Assembly: GCA_012026655.1 (NCBI GenBank)
Contig: JAAILG010001367.1
Span: forward strand, 1-64,000
Direction of reading: 5' to 3'
From: Hydrolagus affinis
Taxonomy: Eukaryota
Length of the DNA stretch: 64,000 nt
Of the stretch, positions 26,101 through 38,003 are shown in pieces; position 1 is the stretch's first letter, and each line of letters begins with the position of its first letter. The notes beneath the pieces were generated by a model, which saw nothing but the letters and a program-made list of their open reading frames with translations, did not search any database and was not told the DNA's origin. Made by a program: the position numbers and the translations under genes.

Positions 26101-29100
26101 TCAAAATTAGGAGACATGGTCCAACCATAAATTCACAAGCAAAATAAAGCTTAATGTCAAAAGCATTATTCTCCGTTGAACAGTAAATTGAACTATCCAT
26201 TCCAAATATAGCCTCATAAAGGGGAGGCAGATATATGAATTTGTGTGCTATCAGATTTAGGACTCATTCAGGAGCAGAAAAAGAGAAAAAAAATCAAGAG
26301 ATATTTATTGATATACAGTATATGCAACACATTCCAGTCAATGGCTTGTCATTTAATATTTATTCCAATTTTACCAGAACTTACTATAAGTTCTTGTTCT
26401 AATTCAGTTGCTTTCACAGCTCCCGTTGAGTAAGCAATGGTTTTCTCCTCCAACTGTTTCTCCACTGTAGAAGCCTGCGATTTCATCTTTTTCAACTAAC
26501 AAAACAGAATAAATGCACATTTCAGGTATCTAGAAATAAGCAATTATATTCACGGTCGATACAAGGGTAAGTTATGTTGCAGCTATAAAGATCATCTAAA
26601 TCTGGTTAGTTAATCACAACTTTTTTTCCATAATTGTGCTCCCCAAAACACTCGAACTGCAGCCTAACGATGTTGTGTGAGAGTTCAGGGGTGGACTTCA
26701 CAGCCACAGAAAACCAGAATTTCCACCATACTCATTTTGAGCTACTTGCTCAGCACTCATACAAGTTTTCAAAATATCTCAAAGTATTTTTCTTTAGCAT
26801 TGAGAATGGGATTGGTCAAACTCTGTTTTTAATGAAATAATACATCGATCAACAAGAAAAACATCTATGCTGCATCCTTGTATGTCCTCCTTCCAAAAGC
26901 TATTATCAGATTGTGTGTCAGCCAGGCTCAGCACTCTTGCTTCCGAATCAGAAGGTTGTGAGTTTGAGCCCCATGTCAGACACTCACTCCAATGCTATGG
27001 AACTACCTGGCTGACTATCAAAATCCAGTCAATCCACTTTACAGTATATCCTACGAAGCACATTGAGACATATCGACAATGCAATAAAGTGCTATAACAA
27101 ATCCAAGGATTATTATTGTGGTGAATTCTGAATGTCCTGGAATGGCAATGTGATCAACATGTTTCTCCCATAATGTTTATGTGAAACTACTCGCCTCTTG
27201 TTCTATATCTGCAGTGTATGAGTTCTTTTCCAACAATTCCTCTTGCAACTGCTGAAACTGATTAATCTTCTGCGTCATACGAGCTTGCAAAGTTGAGACT
27301 GTAGTTTCTGCTTCCAGCAACCTGGTCTGCAGCTCCTCAACTTCTCTTACATTTCTACGTCGCTCTTCCGCATAATTGGAAATGAGCTGCTCCTGGGACT
27401 TTCTGTCATCTAATAAAGTTTGAGAATTAGTGAGTTATACAAACATGCTCAACAGTTACAGAAAAAAATAGGAAATTCCTAACTTGTGGGCAAATTCTTC
27501 GTAGTCCAAACTTACTTCTGTCCGTAAGTTGTTCTGAGCTCAGACCATCCAACATGTCACCACCTCGACCTAGGTTAGCACATCGCTGCTGTGATGCTTT
27601 GTTATTGATCAGCCCAGTCTGTCGATTCTGAATTTCAGAATCTTTGTTTGATAGTTTCATCCTAGAAAAGAATAATTTTACTCCAAATTAGAAATAGAAC
27701 AAGGAGCTTTCCTCTGCACCTAACCTCTTAACTCTCAATAAAGTCTGTCTGATAAAGACTTGAGACTGTTTCTATAACTGGGTGAGTGAGGGGGTGTTCT
27801 TTATCCATTCTCTTGTATCAAACAGGTTAATTAACGGATCATCACTTAACAGCACAATTTTAAACAAGGTAAAACATGGGTAAACTTCCGAACATATTGC
27901 AATCCTGAGATATGATGGTCTATCATCATTTCTGTTTTGTCATCTAGCAATTGAAGAAAATACCTGTGATCCCCATAGTAAGCGTCACTGGACACAGAGC
28001 AGAAGCCGGAGTCTTTTACACCATTTTCCTTTCTCGTAGATGAAAAGGCATCAGAGAATTCTGAACCAGGTGGTCCTGTACCATACAGCCTGCTATCTCC
28101 CTATCAAGGTAAGAATAGCAAGACTCTAAAACCTTAAATTTTGTACTTACTTTGACATGTTACACAACTCTATTTTTGCAAACTCTAGCAAGCTGAGACT
28201 GGACTTCTTTTCCCACAGGAAGTCAACCTCTCACATGAGAATATATACATACACACACAACCACAACAATTATTGCAAAAGTATGATTCAATACTAAAGG
28301 AATCTTATACACAGCCCACTTTATACAGGCTCAGGCAAAATGTTCAGTTTGTACATCCCCAAAGTAGCATTTTGAGTAAACAAAAATAGTTCAATAGTTT
28401 CAGATACATATTAGAAAGTTCAAAATTTAAATTGGGGGAAAAAACAACCTCTAGAGCATACTGTGATACTTGCCACAGGAGAATAGACTTTTTTTTAAGG
28501 TTACCTCTGTATTTCCTTTCCTTTGTAGTTGCACCATTGACTCCAGGTTCCTGTACTCCGATTTGGCATTCTCCACCTCTTTGCAGTACTGAAGCAATCG
28601 CTCACTTTGGCAAGTTGTAAGTGATCTTAATTCTACATTCTCCATCCTTAAAGCATCTCGGTCTTTTAATAGGGCTTCTTTATTGGCTAATTCTCTTTCC
28701 AACATTACAATTTTTTCCTTGGCATGAGACAGCAGTGAAAACAGTTCTGCATTTTTAGCCTCCAGATCCTTTTGAACCACTCTTAAACTGTAAGATTCTT
28801 TCATAAGATGCCTACAAATAGAACAAATTTGTAAACCTGTTACAAATGTGTATACATATTCAGACATAGATACATGGAGTATGGCTTTGCACTCATTATT
28901 CATTTGTTTGTAGATTGTACGTATTTCAAACAACAAAATTACATTTATAGAGTGCCTTTCATGTTAGGAGGACATCCCAAGACGCTGACCTAATTCAGAC
29001 AGATATAGTGAGCCAGGTTGACCCAATGGAAGGGCAAGGCAAGCGTTAGGGTAGCAGTGCAGCCACGAGAAGCTGTTTTCACAGCAAAGCTCTGAGGCCT

Positions 29101-32100
29101 GATTTAACAATCCCATGTTGGACAGCTCATTCGTATGTACAGTATGAATCAATGGGAATAAATGGACTATATTGCGATAATAAGCCGAGTGTGGCTGGAG
29201 AGGTGAAGGATATTGCGGGCTAACATCAGTGCAGCGTGATGTGATTTCTCTGTGCTGAAAATGTTTATTTTATTATGTTGGGACATCATTGGGTCTGATT
29301 ATGATGACTTTGGATGGATGGCTCCAAAGTATCAGAGGGCAATGGGCACCCATGGAATGGTATCCAACTGCCTTCAAGTGGAGGAATAGAGGATAACATT
29401 GGTTGGGGAGAAAAATGGAAATCAGCTTCACTGTTGTTTAAAACAGGAGTTTCATTTCTACCACTTTTAAAATATAAGGGAAAGTTAACAAGTCAACACA
29501 GCTGCATGAAACCATTAACATTAAAACCACAATAAATTCACAAATTATAAACTTTTTCTTCATAAATAAATCAAATGATTTGACAGAAATAGATTGTGTT
29601 AACCTGGTTTCTTCATTCTTGTTTTCCAATTCCTTTTCAAAGGAAGCAAATCTGTCCAACAATTCTTGTCGTTCCCTGTTGAATTGAACCAGGCTGTTCT
29701 GTAATTCCACCTCTTCAGCTACAAACTATACTCCAAAAAGAAAAGTTCATATTGAAGACAAGCACTCATGTTTAGGCACATTTTCTATTTACAATGAATT
29801 AATGCACATAGTCTCTTACCCTTGAAAGTTTCTCTGTTGTCTTTTCCTTGTACTCTTTAAAGGTTGCTGACATTTCTTCAGCGTTTAAAAGAGCTTCATT
29901 CCTTTGCTGTTCAGTTCTGTTTAAAACAAAACAATTCCAAATCTCATAATGATAATTGATGATATTATCAGAAGTTGGATTATGTGGCTTTCTATAAATG
30001 CCAATGTAACAGTGTAACATGTAACATCCATTACTTAGTGATAAAACCTCATTCAAGCAGAACAAGTCTGCTGGCAAGATATCCAATAGGCATCTTCTCA
30101 AATCCTCACATGGGTATTTTGATTTTGTGAATATCGTGGAATAAAATTTTCACAAAATAAACTCCCAAATGTCTATTACTGTACCTTTTTCCTCTTTTAT
30201 TCCTTTCAAATAAGTCATTCTTCAATCTACTGCAGTCATCCGTTAGCTTTTCAATGAACTTGTCCTTTTCAGCCACCATCCACTGACATTCCTCCAATTT
30301 TTCTTCAGCATCTCTTATTAAAAAAGACAAACAGAAGGAGTCAATGGCAGGGGCAGTGATGAAATGCTTGTGAATTCACTAGAAACAATAGAAATAGTAA
30401 CATAGACGCATCCAATTATAAAATGATAAATTGCTAACAAAATCATATCATAACTATGGGGGAGGAATAACCCATCATAGTTAATATGACTATTAAAAAT
30501 TGAGCAAAATGTCACACTATAATAATGTTAAGTATTTTCAGCAGTATTGAAATACAAAGATAGATTACTTTCGCAACAGTTTTACTCCACATACATGATA
30601 ATTGACCAATAGAAATGCTCACAGCTATAAGTCTTACATATATGAATACAGTAAAACCTCAATAATCCGACATTCGAAAGTCAGCAACTCCCTAAAATCA
30701 GCATGATTTCACAATACATATATAATTTTTTTTCTGATGTCCAGAAAAGTCCCATTCCCATATATTTGCAATAGATAATTCCCTTTCCTGTTCAAGAAAG
30801 AATACTGCTTCTGACTTTAATCTTTATTTTTGCTAGTGTCTTTCAAAATGAACTTTTTTTTATTGCATTTGCAGTACACAAGACAACGTAGCCAGAGAAT
30901 TATGAGTACAAGAACATGCTTCACAAATAACTTGTTGTAAAAGCTACTGTCGCTCACAGCATTGTTCTACATATTACCTGAGAGCTTTTTCCTGAGCTTC
31001 CACCTCTGACTCCAAGCCCAAGATATGTTCTTTTAGCTGGGGGACACTCTGTGCATTTGCATCTATATTTGATTCAAGATGGCGAATCTGAAATTACACC
31101 TCTACAATTTAAAAACTTAGAAGCCTCACAATAAACTTAATTTTCCTTACACAATGTTCATCATTTGAATGGATTAGGGAATTCTTATTCAAATCTTAAA
31201 TTGTTATCCAGTCTACCTTCTTCAGCAATAGTTTATTGTTCCAAACTGCCCACCCCCCAATGAACAAATAACAATTAAAATTTTCATATGATCTAATCTA
31301 GCTTTGGGATAAGACTTGATACATATGAAGTTTTTGGTTAGCCTATCCGCCATGAAGGTTGTTATAAAGAAAAGATATACAATGCATATTAATTCAAGTT
31401 CATGTATTCCTAGAGTATAATATTGTTCCAAATACTGTACAAGGTTTTTTTCCCCCACTCTCTAAATTAGTTTTAAAATTGCTACTTGTCTTATATTTGT
31501 GCACTGAATACATTATAATGCTCTATGATATTGAGGAAAAAACACACACAACAATTGAGAGATTACATAGCGGGTTATAGTGCAGGTTAATCTTGGTGCA
31601 AGTAACATTGCACACAGACTTGAAACTGGATATTTTATTGCCAGTAACATTAAGGGCAAAACCGTGGGCAAGTTTCCTCACTCCACACGCCTGATAATAA
31701 TCCCTCAAGAAAAAACAATAATAAATTGTTCACTTTAACCCAGGACTATTTTTGAGACACTGCTGTGCACAATTGGTTGCTGCGTTTCCCCCACAAATAT
31801 ACAATCAATTCACTTTACAGTATATTCTGTGAAACACTTTGAGACGTCTAGAAGAGGTAAAATGCCCTATATCAAATGCAAGTATTATTATTTATTATTA
31901 TTATTTATGAACAGAGGAGAGAAAGTCATACTGGGACCGACAACAAAACAAAACTCCTCTGAATTCACTTAGGAAATAAACAATTCAAAATAATATTGTT
32001 TTATACACAATTTCAGGACATAAATCAATTGACGTCTTCCCAAGAGATATACAGTACTTGTGTTTGAGCTACACACCTTGTTTTTTGACTGTGTCAGTTC

Positions 32101-33699
32101 ATATCGCACAGACTCAATCTCATTTACCAAACAATGATTCTGGGAAACCAAGGAGGAATTGTCCTCTCGAAGTGAGCTGAGCTTTCTGCGCATTTGGTCA
32201 TTTTCGTGCTCAATAGATGAAGAGACCGGATGTTGCGGTACCTAAAAATACAAACATTATGAATGCTACAAAAGTATTTGACAATATGATCTTAAAGAGA
32301 AAGGACAGTTTAGGAGTAACACTGTTTGCTCAAAGTACTCTTCCAGTTAAAGAGAGAGAAATATGTTTAATATAAATCCTAATTGTAGTAGTATAAACTG
32401 TTATATCACACTTTTGTGCAGATTAAAAGGACAACCTGCATGCCTCTTAAGGCCATTAAGAATGAGGCATTTTGAATCAGCCTGAGAGACCAACCATTCC
32501 TAAAGAAGCACAAAAACAGCAAGTATCCCAAAAGTACAACACCTTCCTTCTCTTTAAGCAATTTCTTAAGCTCTCAGAGAGAGCTTTGGAATTTGTAAGG
32601 CAAGAATGCTGCAATAACAATTACAGGCTTCAAATCAAAATACTAATCATAACAGTAATGAGCCAGTCTAAACCAGAACTTCAAAACATTCATCAGTCAA
32701 TGCATCTGTGACTTTCAGCCATCAAAAGCTACTCAGAAGCTTTTTGAATGCAGATAATTGTAGGTTAGCTTTGAACAAAACTAGCCACTGACTATTAAGC
32801 AAATGTCAGTTCTTGGTAAGTGCAAAATCAATATCGAACACTAATAGAATCAAATTTTAAAAATTCTGATTCAATATACATACACCCATCTTATTTAATC
32901 ATATTTAGCCACAATATTTAACTGCATACATTATTTGCTGCTTAATCTAAACTTCATATTTTGCTAAGTCGTAACCTATCTCAAGTCATACAACCTTATT
33001 AAAAATATTCGCAAATGTGAACAACACTCTTATGACTAAAATGAGTTCTTCATGATTAAAGAAGTTGATTACTTGATTAGAATGTTGCTATTTAAGTCAC
33101 TAAAAAATCAAAAGTTAAGTATTTACCCTGCTGCCTAAACTGCTGGATGGACTTATGTTGCTGAAAACATTTTTTTGAGGAACTAATCTTTCGGTATTTG
33201 CCATGAGGCGATTGCACATCCCACGATTTACTTGATCAGGTTGATAAAGATCTTCCATTGTCAAGCCAGGGGCATAATTCTGATGAGAAGAGCTATCAGA
33301 CTGGTCATTTAAACTGTCACTGTGAAGAAAAAGAATTCTATTTTTAATGTAACCATGCATTTAGGTTAACATAACAAAAATGTAACTTTCCCAGTTTTAT
33401 AAAGCGTTTACAGCTTAATAATAATGCACATCGCAACTCTAATACAATTAGCTATAATATTAAGCTATAATACTAACTTATATAAACTGTCATATTAAAT
33501 TATATGAAATGTATTCTTACTTCTATTCAAGCAATATTAGCGAAGAGTAAAAATTTAATAAACTACAGTATTACTATTTTTCTAATTTCAGCTCCAATGA
33601 TTGATATTCAAAATCCTACCCATTATGTTCTATTCCAAGACTTTGTGAACTCTTCTCAGTCTTCATCAGCCTCTTCCTCAGAGCCACCAAATTTTCCAT
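14009..33699 (-). CDS. CCDC18: Coiled-coil domain-containing protein 18, full spliced CDS (29 coding exons, 4659 nt, ~1552 aa)
   Basis: The 29 exons have consistent phases and sum to a multiple of 3. Peptides such as [62 protein letters not shown] and TLSGMLNY match CCDC18 as recalled; it lies next to MTF2 as in human. Confidence 0.93.
14227..14318 (-). CDS. CCDC18: CCDC18 coding exon 28
   Basis: cccaacag acceptor, CG|GTAAGT donor, open frame NSNNYNPND...; no homology recalled. Confidence 0.7.
14718..15305 (-). CDS. CCDC18: CCDC18 coding exon 27
   Basis: [15 protein letters not shown]...[11 protein letters not shown]...; 588 nt open. Confidence 0.88.
15670..15882 (-). CDS. CCDC18: CCDC18 coding exon 26
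   Basis: ISLLKES...ELEEAQ...[10 protein letters not shown]. Confidence 0.9.
16053..16190 (-). CDS. CCDC18: CCDC18 coding exon 25
   Basis: [18 protein letters not shown]... Confidence 0.9.
16700..16903 (-). CDS. CCDC18: CCDC18 coding exon 24
   Basis: TLKHKEQ...QAQREMDHL...LSHEK. Confidence 0.9.
17228..17371 (-). CDS. CCDC18: CCDC18 coding exon 23
   Basis: [20 protein letters not shown]... Confidence 0.9.
17508..17624 (-). CDS. CCDC18: CCDC18 coding exon 22
   Basis: [11 protein letters not shown]...[16 protein letters not shown]. Confidence 0.9.
17745..18070 (+). mobile_element. Older SacSINE1/AmnSINE1-like DeuSINE retaining the central Deu domain
   Basis: tRNA head GTCAGAAGGTTGTAGGTTCAAGCCCCAC; GCTGCAATGTCAGAGATGGCGTCCTTTGG...GATGTTAAAC; GGTGTCCTGGACAAC; GTGGGACACTGCTCTGCGCAGATTG. 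Confidence 0.7.
18188..18287 (-). CDS. CCDC18: CCDC18 coding exon 21
   Basis: ECQNEL...[18 protein letters not shown]. Confidence 0.92.
20300..20509. mobile_element. Tigger/pogo-like (Tc1/mariner) MITE
   Basis: TIRs CAGTAAAACCCGTTTATCCGGCA / TGCCAGATAAACAGACTTTTACTG; TA target duplication. Confidence 0.85.
21108..21321 (-). CDS. CCDC18: CCDC18 coding exon 20
   Basis: IDLEEK...[13 protein letters not shown]...LTAEFR. Confidence 0.92.
21725..21888 (-). CDS. CCDC18: CCDC18 coding exon 19
   Basis: [10 protein letters not shown]...ELEKKSDQ. Confidence 0.9.
22180..22410 (-). mobile_element. L2 LINE 3' fragment
   Basis: CAACTTGCATTTATATAGCGCCTTTCA tail plus GATGGAGTTCCAGAG segment shared with 50970-51010. 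Confidence 0.7.
22753..22895 (-). CDS. CCDC18: CCDC18 coding exon 18
   Basis: [12 protein letters not shown]...NNTMK. Confidence 0.9.
23011..23178 (-). CDS. CCDC18: CCDC18 coding exon 17
   Basis: VRQLQKELK...LQETSEQN...GELEDGQ. Confidence 0.9.
23836..23952 (-). CDS. CCDC18: CCDC18 coding exon 16
   Basis: [15 protein letters not shown]...KKSEE. Confidence 0.9.
24194..24271 (-). CDS. CCDC18: CCDC18 coding exon 15
   Basis: [26 protein letters not shown], 78 nt. Confidence 0.85.
24732..25095. mobile_element. hAT-superfamily MITE
   Basis: TIR TAGTGTCCCGCGATAT / ATATCGCCTGACACTA; perfect 8-bp TSD GTTCATAA; many ATATCG/CGATAT subterminal repeats. Confidence 0.9.
25246..25380 (-). CDS. CCDC18: CCDC18 coding exon 14 (GC donor)
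   Basis: VQSQLEEK...LQEARE|GCAAGT. Confidence 0.85.
25700..25831 (-). CDS. CCDC18: CCDC18 coding exon 13
   Basis: EKNKDI...[16 protein letters not shown]. Confidence 0.9.
26385..26495 (-). CDS. CCDC18: CCDC18 coding exon 12
   Basis: LKKMKSQ...[12 protein letters not shown]...ELEQELI. Confidence 0.9.
26925..27118 (+). mobile_element. SINE (SacSINE1-type head joined to tail, centre deleted)
   Basis: GAATCAGAAGGTTGTGAGTTTGAGCCCCA head; family tail. Confidence 0.6.
27195..27409 (-). CDS. CCDC18: CCDC18 coding exon 11 (GC donor)
   Basis: YAEERRR...[12 protein letters not shown]...EQE|GCGAGT. Confidence 0.85.
27516..27661 (-). CDS. CCDC18: CCDC18 coding exon 10
   Basis: [11 protein letters not shown]...; donor A|GTAAGT gives the required phase 1. 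Confidence 0.85.
27964..28100 (-). CDS. CCDC18: CCDC18 coding exon 9
   Basis: Open frame GDSRLYG...GDHR; phases 0/2 fit the neighbouring exons. Confidence 0.8.
28505..28811 (-). CDS. CCDC18: CCDC18 coding exon 8
   Basis: HLMKES...[14 protein letters not shown]...KGNTE. Confidence 0.9.
29604..29725 (-). CDS. CCDC18: CCDC18 coding exon 7
   Basis: [12 protein letters not shown]...KNEETR. Confidence 0.85.
29820..29916 (-). CDS. CCDC18: CCDC18 coding exon 6
   Basis: [16 protein letters not shown]...EKLSR. Confidence 0.9.
30185..30313 (-). CDS. CCDC18: CCDC18 coding exon 5
   Basis: [16 protein letters not shown]...RGKR; AG/GT sites. Confidence 0.9.
30978..31087 (-). CDS. CCDC18: CCDC18 coding exon 4
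   Basis: IRHLES...[23 protein letters not shown]; AG/GT sites. Confidence 0.9.
31655..31908 (+). mobile_element. SINE, 5'-truncated
   Basis: Family body and (ATT)n tail. Confidence 0.82.
32077..32241 (-). CDS. CCDC18: CCDC18 coding exon 3
   Basis: VPQHP...[19 protein letters not shown]...ELTQSKNK; AG/GT sites. Confidence 0.9.
33127..33319 (-). CDS. CCDC18: CCDC18 coding exon 2
   Basis: ttcacag acceptor, AGG|GTAAAT donor, open frame DSLNDQSD... Confidence 0.8.
33620..33699 (-). CDS. CCDC18: CCDC18 coding exon 1 (exon starts 33710; [22 protein letters not shown])
   Basis: Acceptor ttctccccaaaag, ATG at 33699, donor GG|GTAGGA; resembles human [23 protein letters not shown]. Confidence 0.75.
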
Positions 33700-36600
33700 C
33701 CACTTTTGTCCTTTTGGGGAGAAAAAGCAAACAATGTTTGAATTTGAGATCTTCTCCACAAGATTAAAAAAAACTCCCCAAAAACACCTACTTTTACAGG
33801 TCTTTTTATTGAATCCTGATACGGTAATTAACAGTCAAACTTAAATCAATATAAGAATTCCACATTAAAAAGGGGACAGTTTGCAAAACAATTATCTAAT
33901 ATTACAATTTAAATGATAAAAAAAGGCATTAGAAAACAATTAATATTGTCCACATTTTCAGTTTTTCAGGTTTAAATCCCACCCAGAGCCTTGCCCCACA
34001 CATCCTTGCCACTATTTTTTCTCAGCAAAAATTGGCCTGCTTTTGTCCTTCCCCAACCTCCACCACACCCCTTTTAAAGCCTACTTCAACATTGTCCTTT
34101 GATGGTACTTTCGGTCTTCTTTCCCTTTCCCACTCTCTTTGGCTCCCACCGTCCCAGCAGCTCAGACACCACTTTGAGATATCCTCCTGATGCAAAAGGC
34201 ATTATATGTTCTGTACCCAACTCTTGGCTTAAGAATCTGGAATTCAGATTTAGCTGGACCGGGTCGGTGATATATATTTTTTAATTCCATGAACTAAAAT
34301 TGCACACTAAAAACAATACCAAACTCCTGCCAACTCTCTAAACTCACTCCACACTATTTAACTTATTTAATATTAATTTTTATTCATTTTAAATGTTAGT
34401 GAGGATTTATTTTTACTTACTTTATTATAAATCTTAGGTAGGATTTACAGGGTGTATTTTATTGTCAATATATTTTTTAAAAATGCATTAACATTTAGCA
34501 AGAAAATTTGGGTAACCGGACCGGATCTTCCCCCCCAACCACTATTAATCTTGAGTGTAATTGTAAATTGTATTGTACTGTATACTTTTTGTGGATTTTA
34601 TGTGTATACCACTAAAAAGCAGAAACTGGTAAGATGTCAGATATATATTATTTCCCCCCCAGCAAAAAAAATGAAAGTACAGAACGTATCAGAATGAGCA
34701 CAAGGGATTGTGCAAGTTGTCTGCAAGGAATTCATTAAAAATTGATGTTGAGGACGATTGCCACATTGCTGAGGCGGCTCCACCTTCAGGTCAATTCAGA
34801 AGATGGCCGTTTACAGAAGATTTACAGTTGGAAATGGAAGAAATATGAATTTAGCCTCTTTTGCCAGAATAAAATAACCAAGAAAATTAAAATGAACAGA
34901 TAAAATGACAAGCACAATGTATTCTCTACATCTGCAAGAACTTCAGCTCTTGAAGAGATTTGGGATTTCCATGATAGTGTTTCTCTGAGTACTGTTGCTA
35001 TTCGATTTTCATTCTCACAATAGTAAAAGGTGTGTTCAGAAGAGGGGATGAGACCTGGATTAATCCTGTGTTTCGTTCCAGAGCTCCTCTTCAGATTCAT
35101 GATAAGAATCATACAGACATTTTCATAGAATGGCATTCTTCTACACGTCAAATGTGTGATCAGGAAAACTCTTTTTCTAGTTAGCTAATGTAGTTACTTA
35201 ACTGTCATTAACAATGCTGAATACATTGTGATTTATCTTCTACATTGTGCGACAGCATCCAGTAAGAAATGTTAAAAAATCAATATTACAGTAATGCTGG
35301 AGAGTATGCCTAGGCGGACAATGTCGTACTTTACCGCGATTTCCCCCCATCCACCTCAAGCTTTAATATCCTCACAAAACTCACACATAAAAAAATGGCC
35401 ACTTGGGACAAGGCACTGAAGGGTAGCAGCAGCTGTAAAGCTATATCCCAACAAAGTTAGCATCCTCAGAGGGGAAAATGGAACTCAATGGCACAGAATT
35501 GACATGGTACTCCACAAACAATGCCATGACAACCCCCACAGCAACCAACTGAATGTGATATCACATCCTTGGTGACAATGACAGAACTTAACTTTGCACC
35601 AACATTTTTGACACAGGCTAGATTGATGAAAGAAACTGGTGGTTCATCTAAACAATCCACCGAATAGTTTCAGGCTAATAGTGACAATGAACGAAAGACA
35701 TTTTCTAGATATCAAAAAACTCTTGCATGGGCATACCACGACAAATGTAATGCAAGACCTCAAAGTGAAATTCATGGCAACTTTGTATAATCCCCTAAAT
35801 CACAGTTTTGTTTCTCTTTTGATGTGGGCATATTTCGTAACTGAGCATCTGTGGACGTGAGGGGAGAGGGGGCTTTCATTAAAAAAAAATTCTACTTTTA
35901 AATACCGTGAGAATTTTAAAAAAAAGAATTGCTCATTTAAGTTATGCCTTTGTTTTGATGGTTAAAAGTTTTTTTAACCCCATGGAGACCTTCTATTTGG
36001 GGTTTTCCCCTCCAATGACAGCTACCCATTCTGCTTTATATGCACTCTGAGATGCTGCACACAAGAAAGGGCAATACTATATATAAATGCAAGATGTCGT
36101 TATTTCATCCAACTGGGAAACAACAAAATTGCACTTATATAGCGCCTTTCACATTGGGAGGTCGTCCCAAAGCGCTGAACAGTCTGGTCAGGACCCGAGT
36201 GGGTGGAGGGGGGGGGGGGGGGCAGAAAGCCACAGATCAGCATCGGAAGCAGCACAAGTGACAATCTCGCGGACTCATGATGCAGTTGTTTGTTGGTGCG
36301 AAAAACAACTGCAAAACCCTTAATCTGCAACCCCCTGCCGAGCTTTGAACGATGAGACGTCTGGAAGACGTGATACAGCAGCAACAACACAATTACATTT
36401 ACTGAGCGCCTTTCACGTCACGATGACGTCCCAAAGCGCTGGGGTACGGAGGTATGTCAAATGCAATATTATCATAATAAAGTCTATTAAGACAAACGCG
36501 GACACCGAGAAGAGTGGTTTATCTGAACTATATATTGCTGTTCACCAACAACCAACCACTCCTGTCTTGTAAGAAACCATGACTACCACTATTTACCCAG

Positions 36601-36999
36601 CAACCCCCCCCCCCCACCACCGCTTCTGGATTTACAAACGGTACAAAACAAGCTTCTTGTGTAATATCTGTGTCAAGTTATAGGACTTTAAAAACAACAC
36701 ACGTACACCAGAAAACAATACCAACTCTCTTGCAAAGTTTTTGACACTCCATCATCTGAAGATAAAAGAAAACAAGAGCTGACTTGAATGAACGGAAAGG
36801 GAAGTAATTAATGCTCCGGGCTTTTCAACGGTTACTACAAAGACACGTTTGGAAGGAAACTTAATTCACCCACAGCGTCCCAAACACTGAAGGTCAGAAT
36901 GAAGTGAAGTAAATATAAAAACAGCTCCACCTGATAGCTGCTGACATAACAAGACAGCTCAGGACCAGGGCAAGCACAAAGCGGGGCTGCAATCCCCGC

Positions 37000-37370
37000 C
37001 AATCTTATCCGCGCGCGTGTAAATGTATAACTGCCAGCGGTTGTTCTCGTTCAAAGAGTACATCACACGCGGGGGAATTGCTTTGGGATTTTTTTTTTAC
37101 CAATCGCTGAACTTTATGAGAACTAAAGTGCTCGGGGTATCGCGGCCCGCGGTGAGGGGTAAACTCTGCAGCCCGATGACCACCACCGCCGCGGACACCA
37201 CTGTCGGCCCCTCCTCCGCCGCCGCCATTTTCTTTTCCAGTGATTTTTGCAGCTCGCTTCTCAGCAAACGTTTGAGCTCCGCGCGCCGGCGCCTCTGATT
37301 GGTCAAGGTTCAGCCTCAGCGGAGCCGTCGTACCCCTCACGCACGCACGCACGCGCATGATCGTTACACC
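37000..37370 (-). promoter_or_regulatory. CCDC18 CpG-island promoter and probable first exon (donor at 37101)
   Basis: CpG-rich island; YY1-type AAAATGGCGGC (37221-37231); CCAAT box (~37297-37302); donor TG|GTAAAA. Confidence 0.7.
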
Positions 37371-37404
37371 AGAGGGAAGGCTCACAGTGGAAATCCTTAC
37401 ATCC

Positions 37405-37560
37405 ATATATGGTCAGGGTCTGAGAGTAGCCACCCCCCCCACACAAACACAACATGGTCAGGGTCTGAGAGTAGCCCTCCGCCCCCCCTCCCTCACACAC
37501 ACACATATACATGGTCAGGGTCTGAGAGCAGCCCTCCCCCACACACACCACGCACACACG
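37405..37560. repeat. Minisatellite, 3 units with core ATGGTCAGGGTCTGAGAGTAGCC plus C/CA tract
   Basis: Cores at ~37409, 37454, 37511. Confidence 0.85.
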
Positions 37561-37569
37561 GAGCCCTCT

Positions 37570-38003
37570 GTAACACGACTACATCACCCTCGCCAGTCTC
37601 CACTGGCTCCCCGTCACCCAGAGGATCAAATTCAAGATCCTTCTTCTCACTTTCAAGGCCATTCACAGGCTTGCCCCCGCCCATCTCTCTGACCTACTGT
37701 CTCCCTATCAGCCTGCCCGCACCCTCCGTTCAGCAGACTCAGGCCTACTCCGCGTCCACCGCCCAACCATCGGTGGCCGGGCTTTCAGCCTCTGCTCCCA
37801 CACTGTGGAACTCCATCCCGCAGCCCCTCCTCCCTTTCCTCCTTCAAGGCCGTCTCAAAACCTTCCTCTTCGACTGCACCTTTGGCTCCCCCACTAACTC
37901 TTCCCCCCCCACCCCCCGCTTGGGTCCCAACCTGACTGTTCAACACTTTAGGAGGTCCTCCCGATGTGAAAGGCGCTATATAAGTGCAATTTTGTTATGT
38001 TGT
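37570..38003 (+). mobile_element. L2 LINE 3' end
   Basis: LASLHWLPVTQRIKFKILLLTFKA, LWNSIP, tail GTGAAAGGCGCTATATAAGTGCAA. Confidence 0.85.

Noticed and set aside
27484-27515. Alternative CAA|GTTAGG donor for CCDC18 exon 10
   Set aside because: Wrong phase; the A|GTAAGT donor at 27516 fits the next exon.
34822-35151. 109-aa minus ORF in CCDC18 intron 1, as a candidate upstream coding exon
   Set aside because: No convincing donor in the phase needed to join 33710; only coincidental similarity.
37100-37228. LPLTAGRD resembling TMED-family LPAGRK as a TMED5 relic
   Set aside because: Wrong strand for syntenic TMED5 and too short to be significant.
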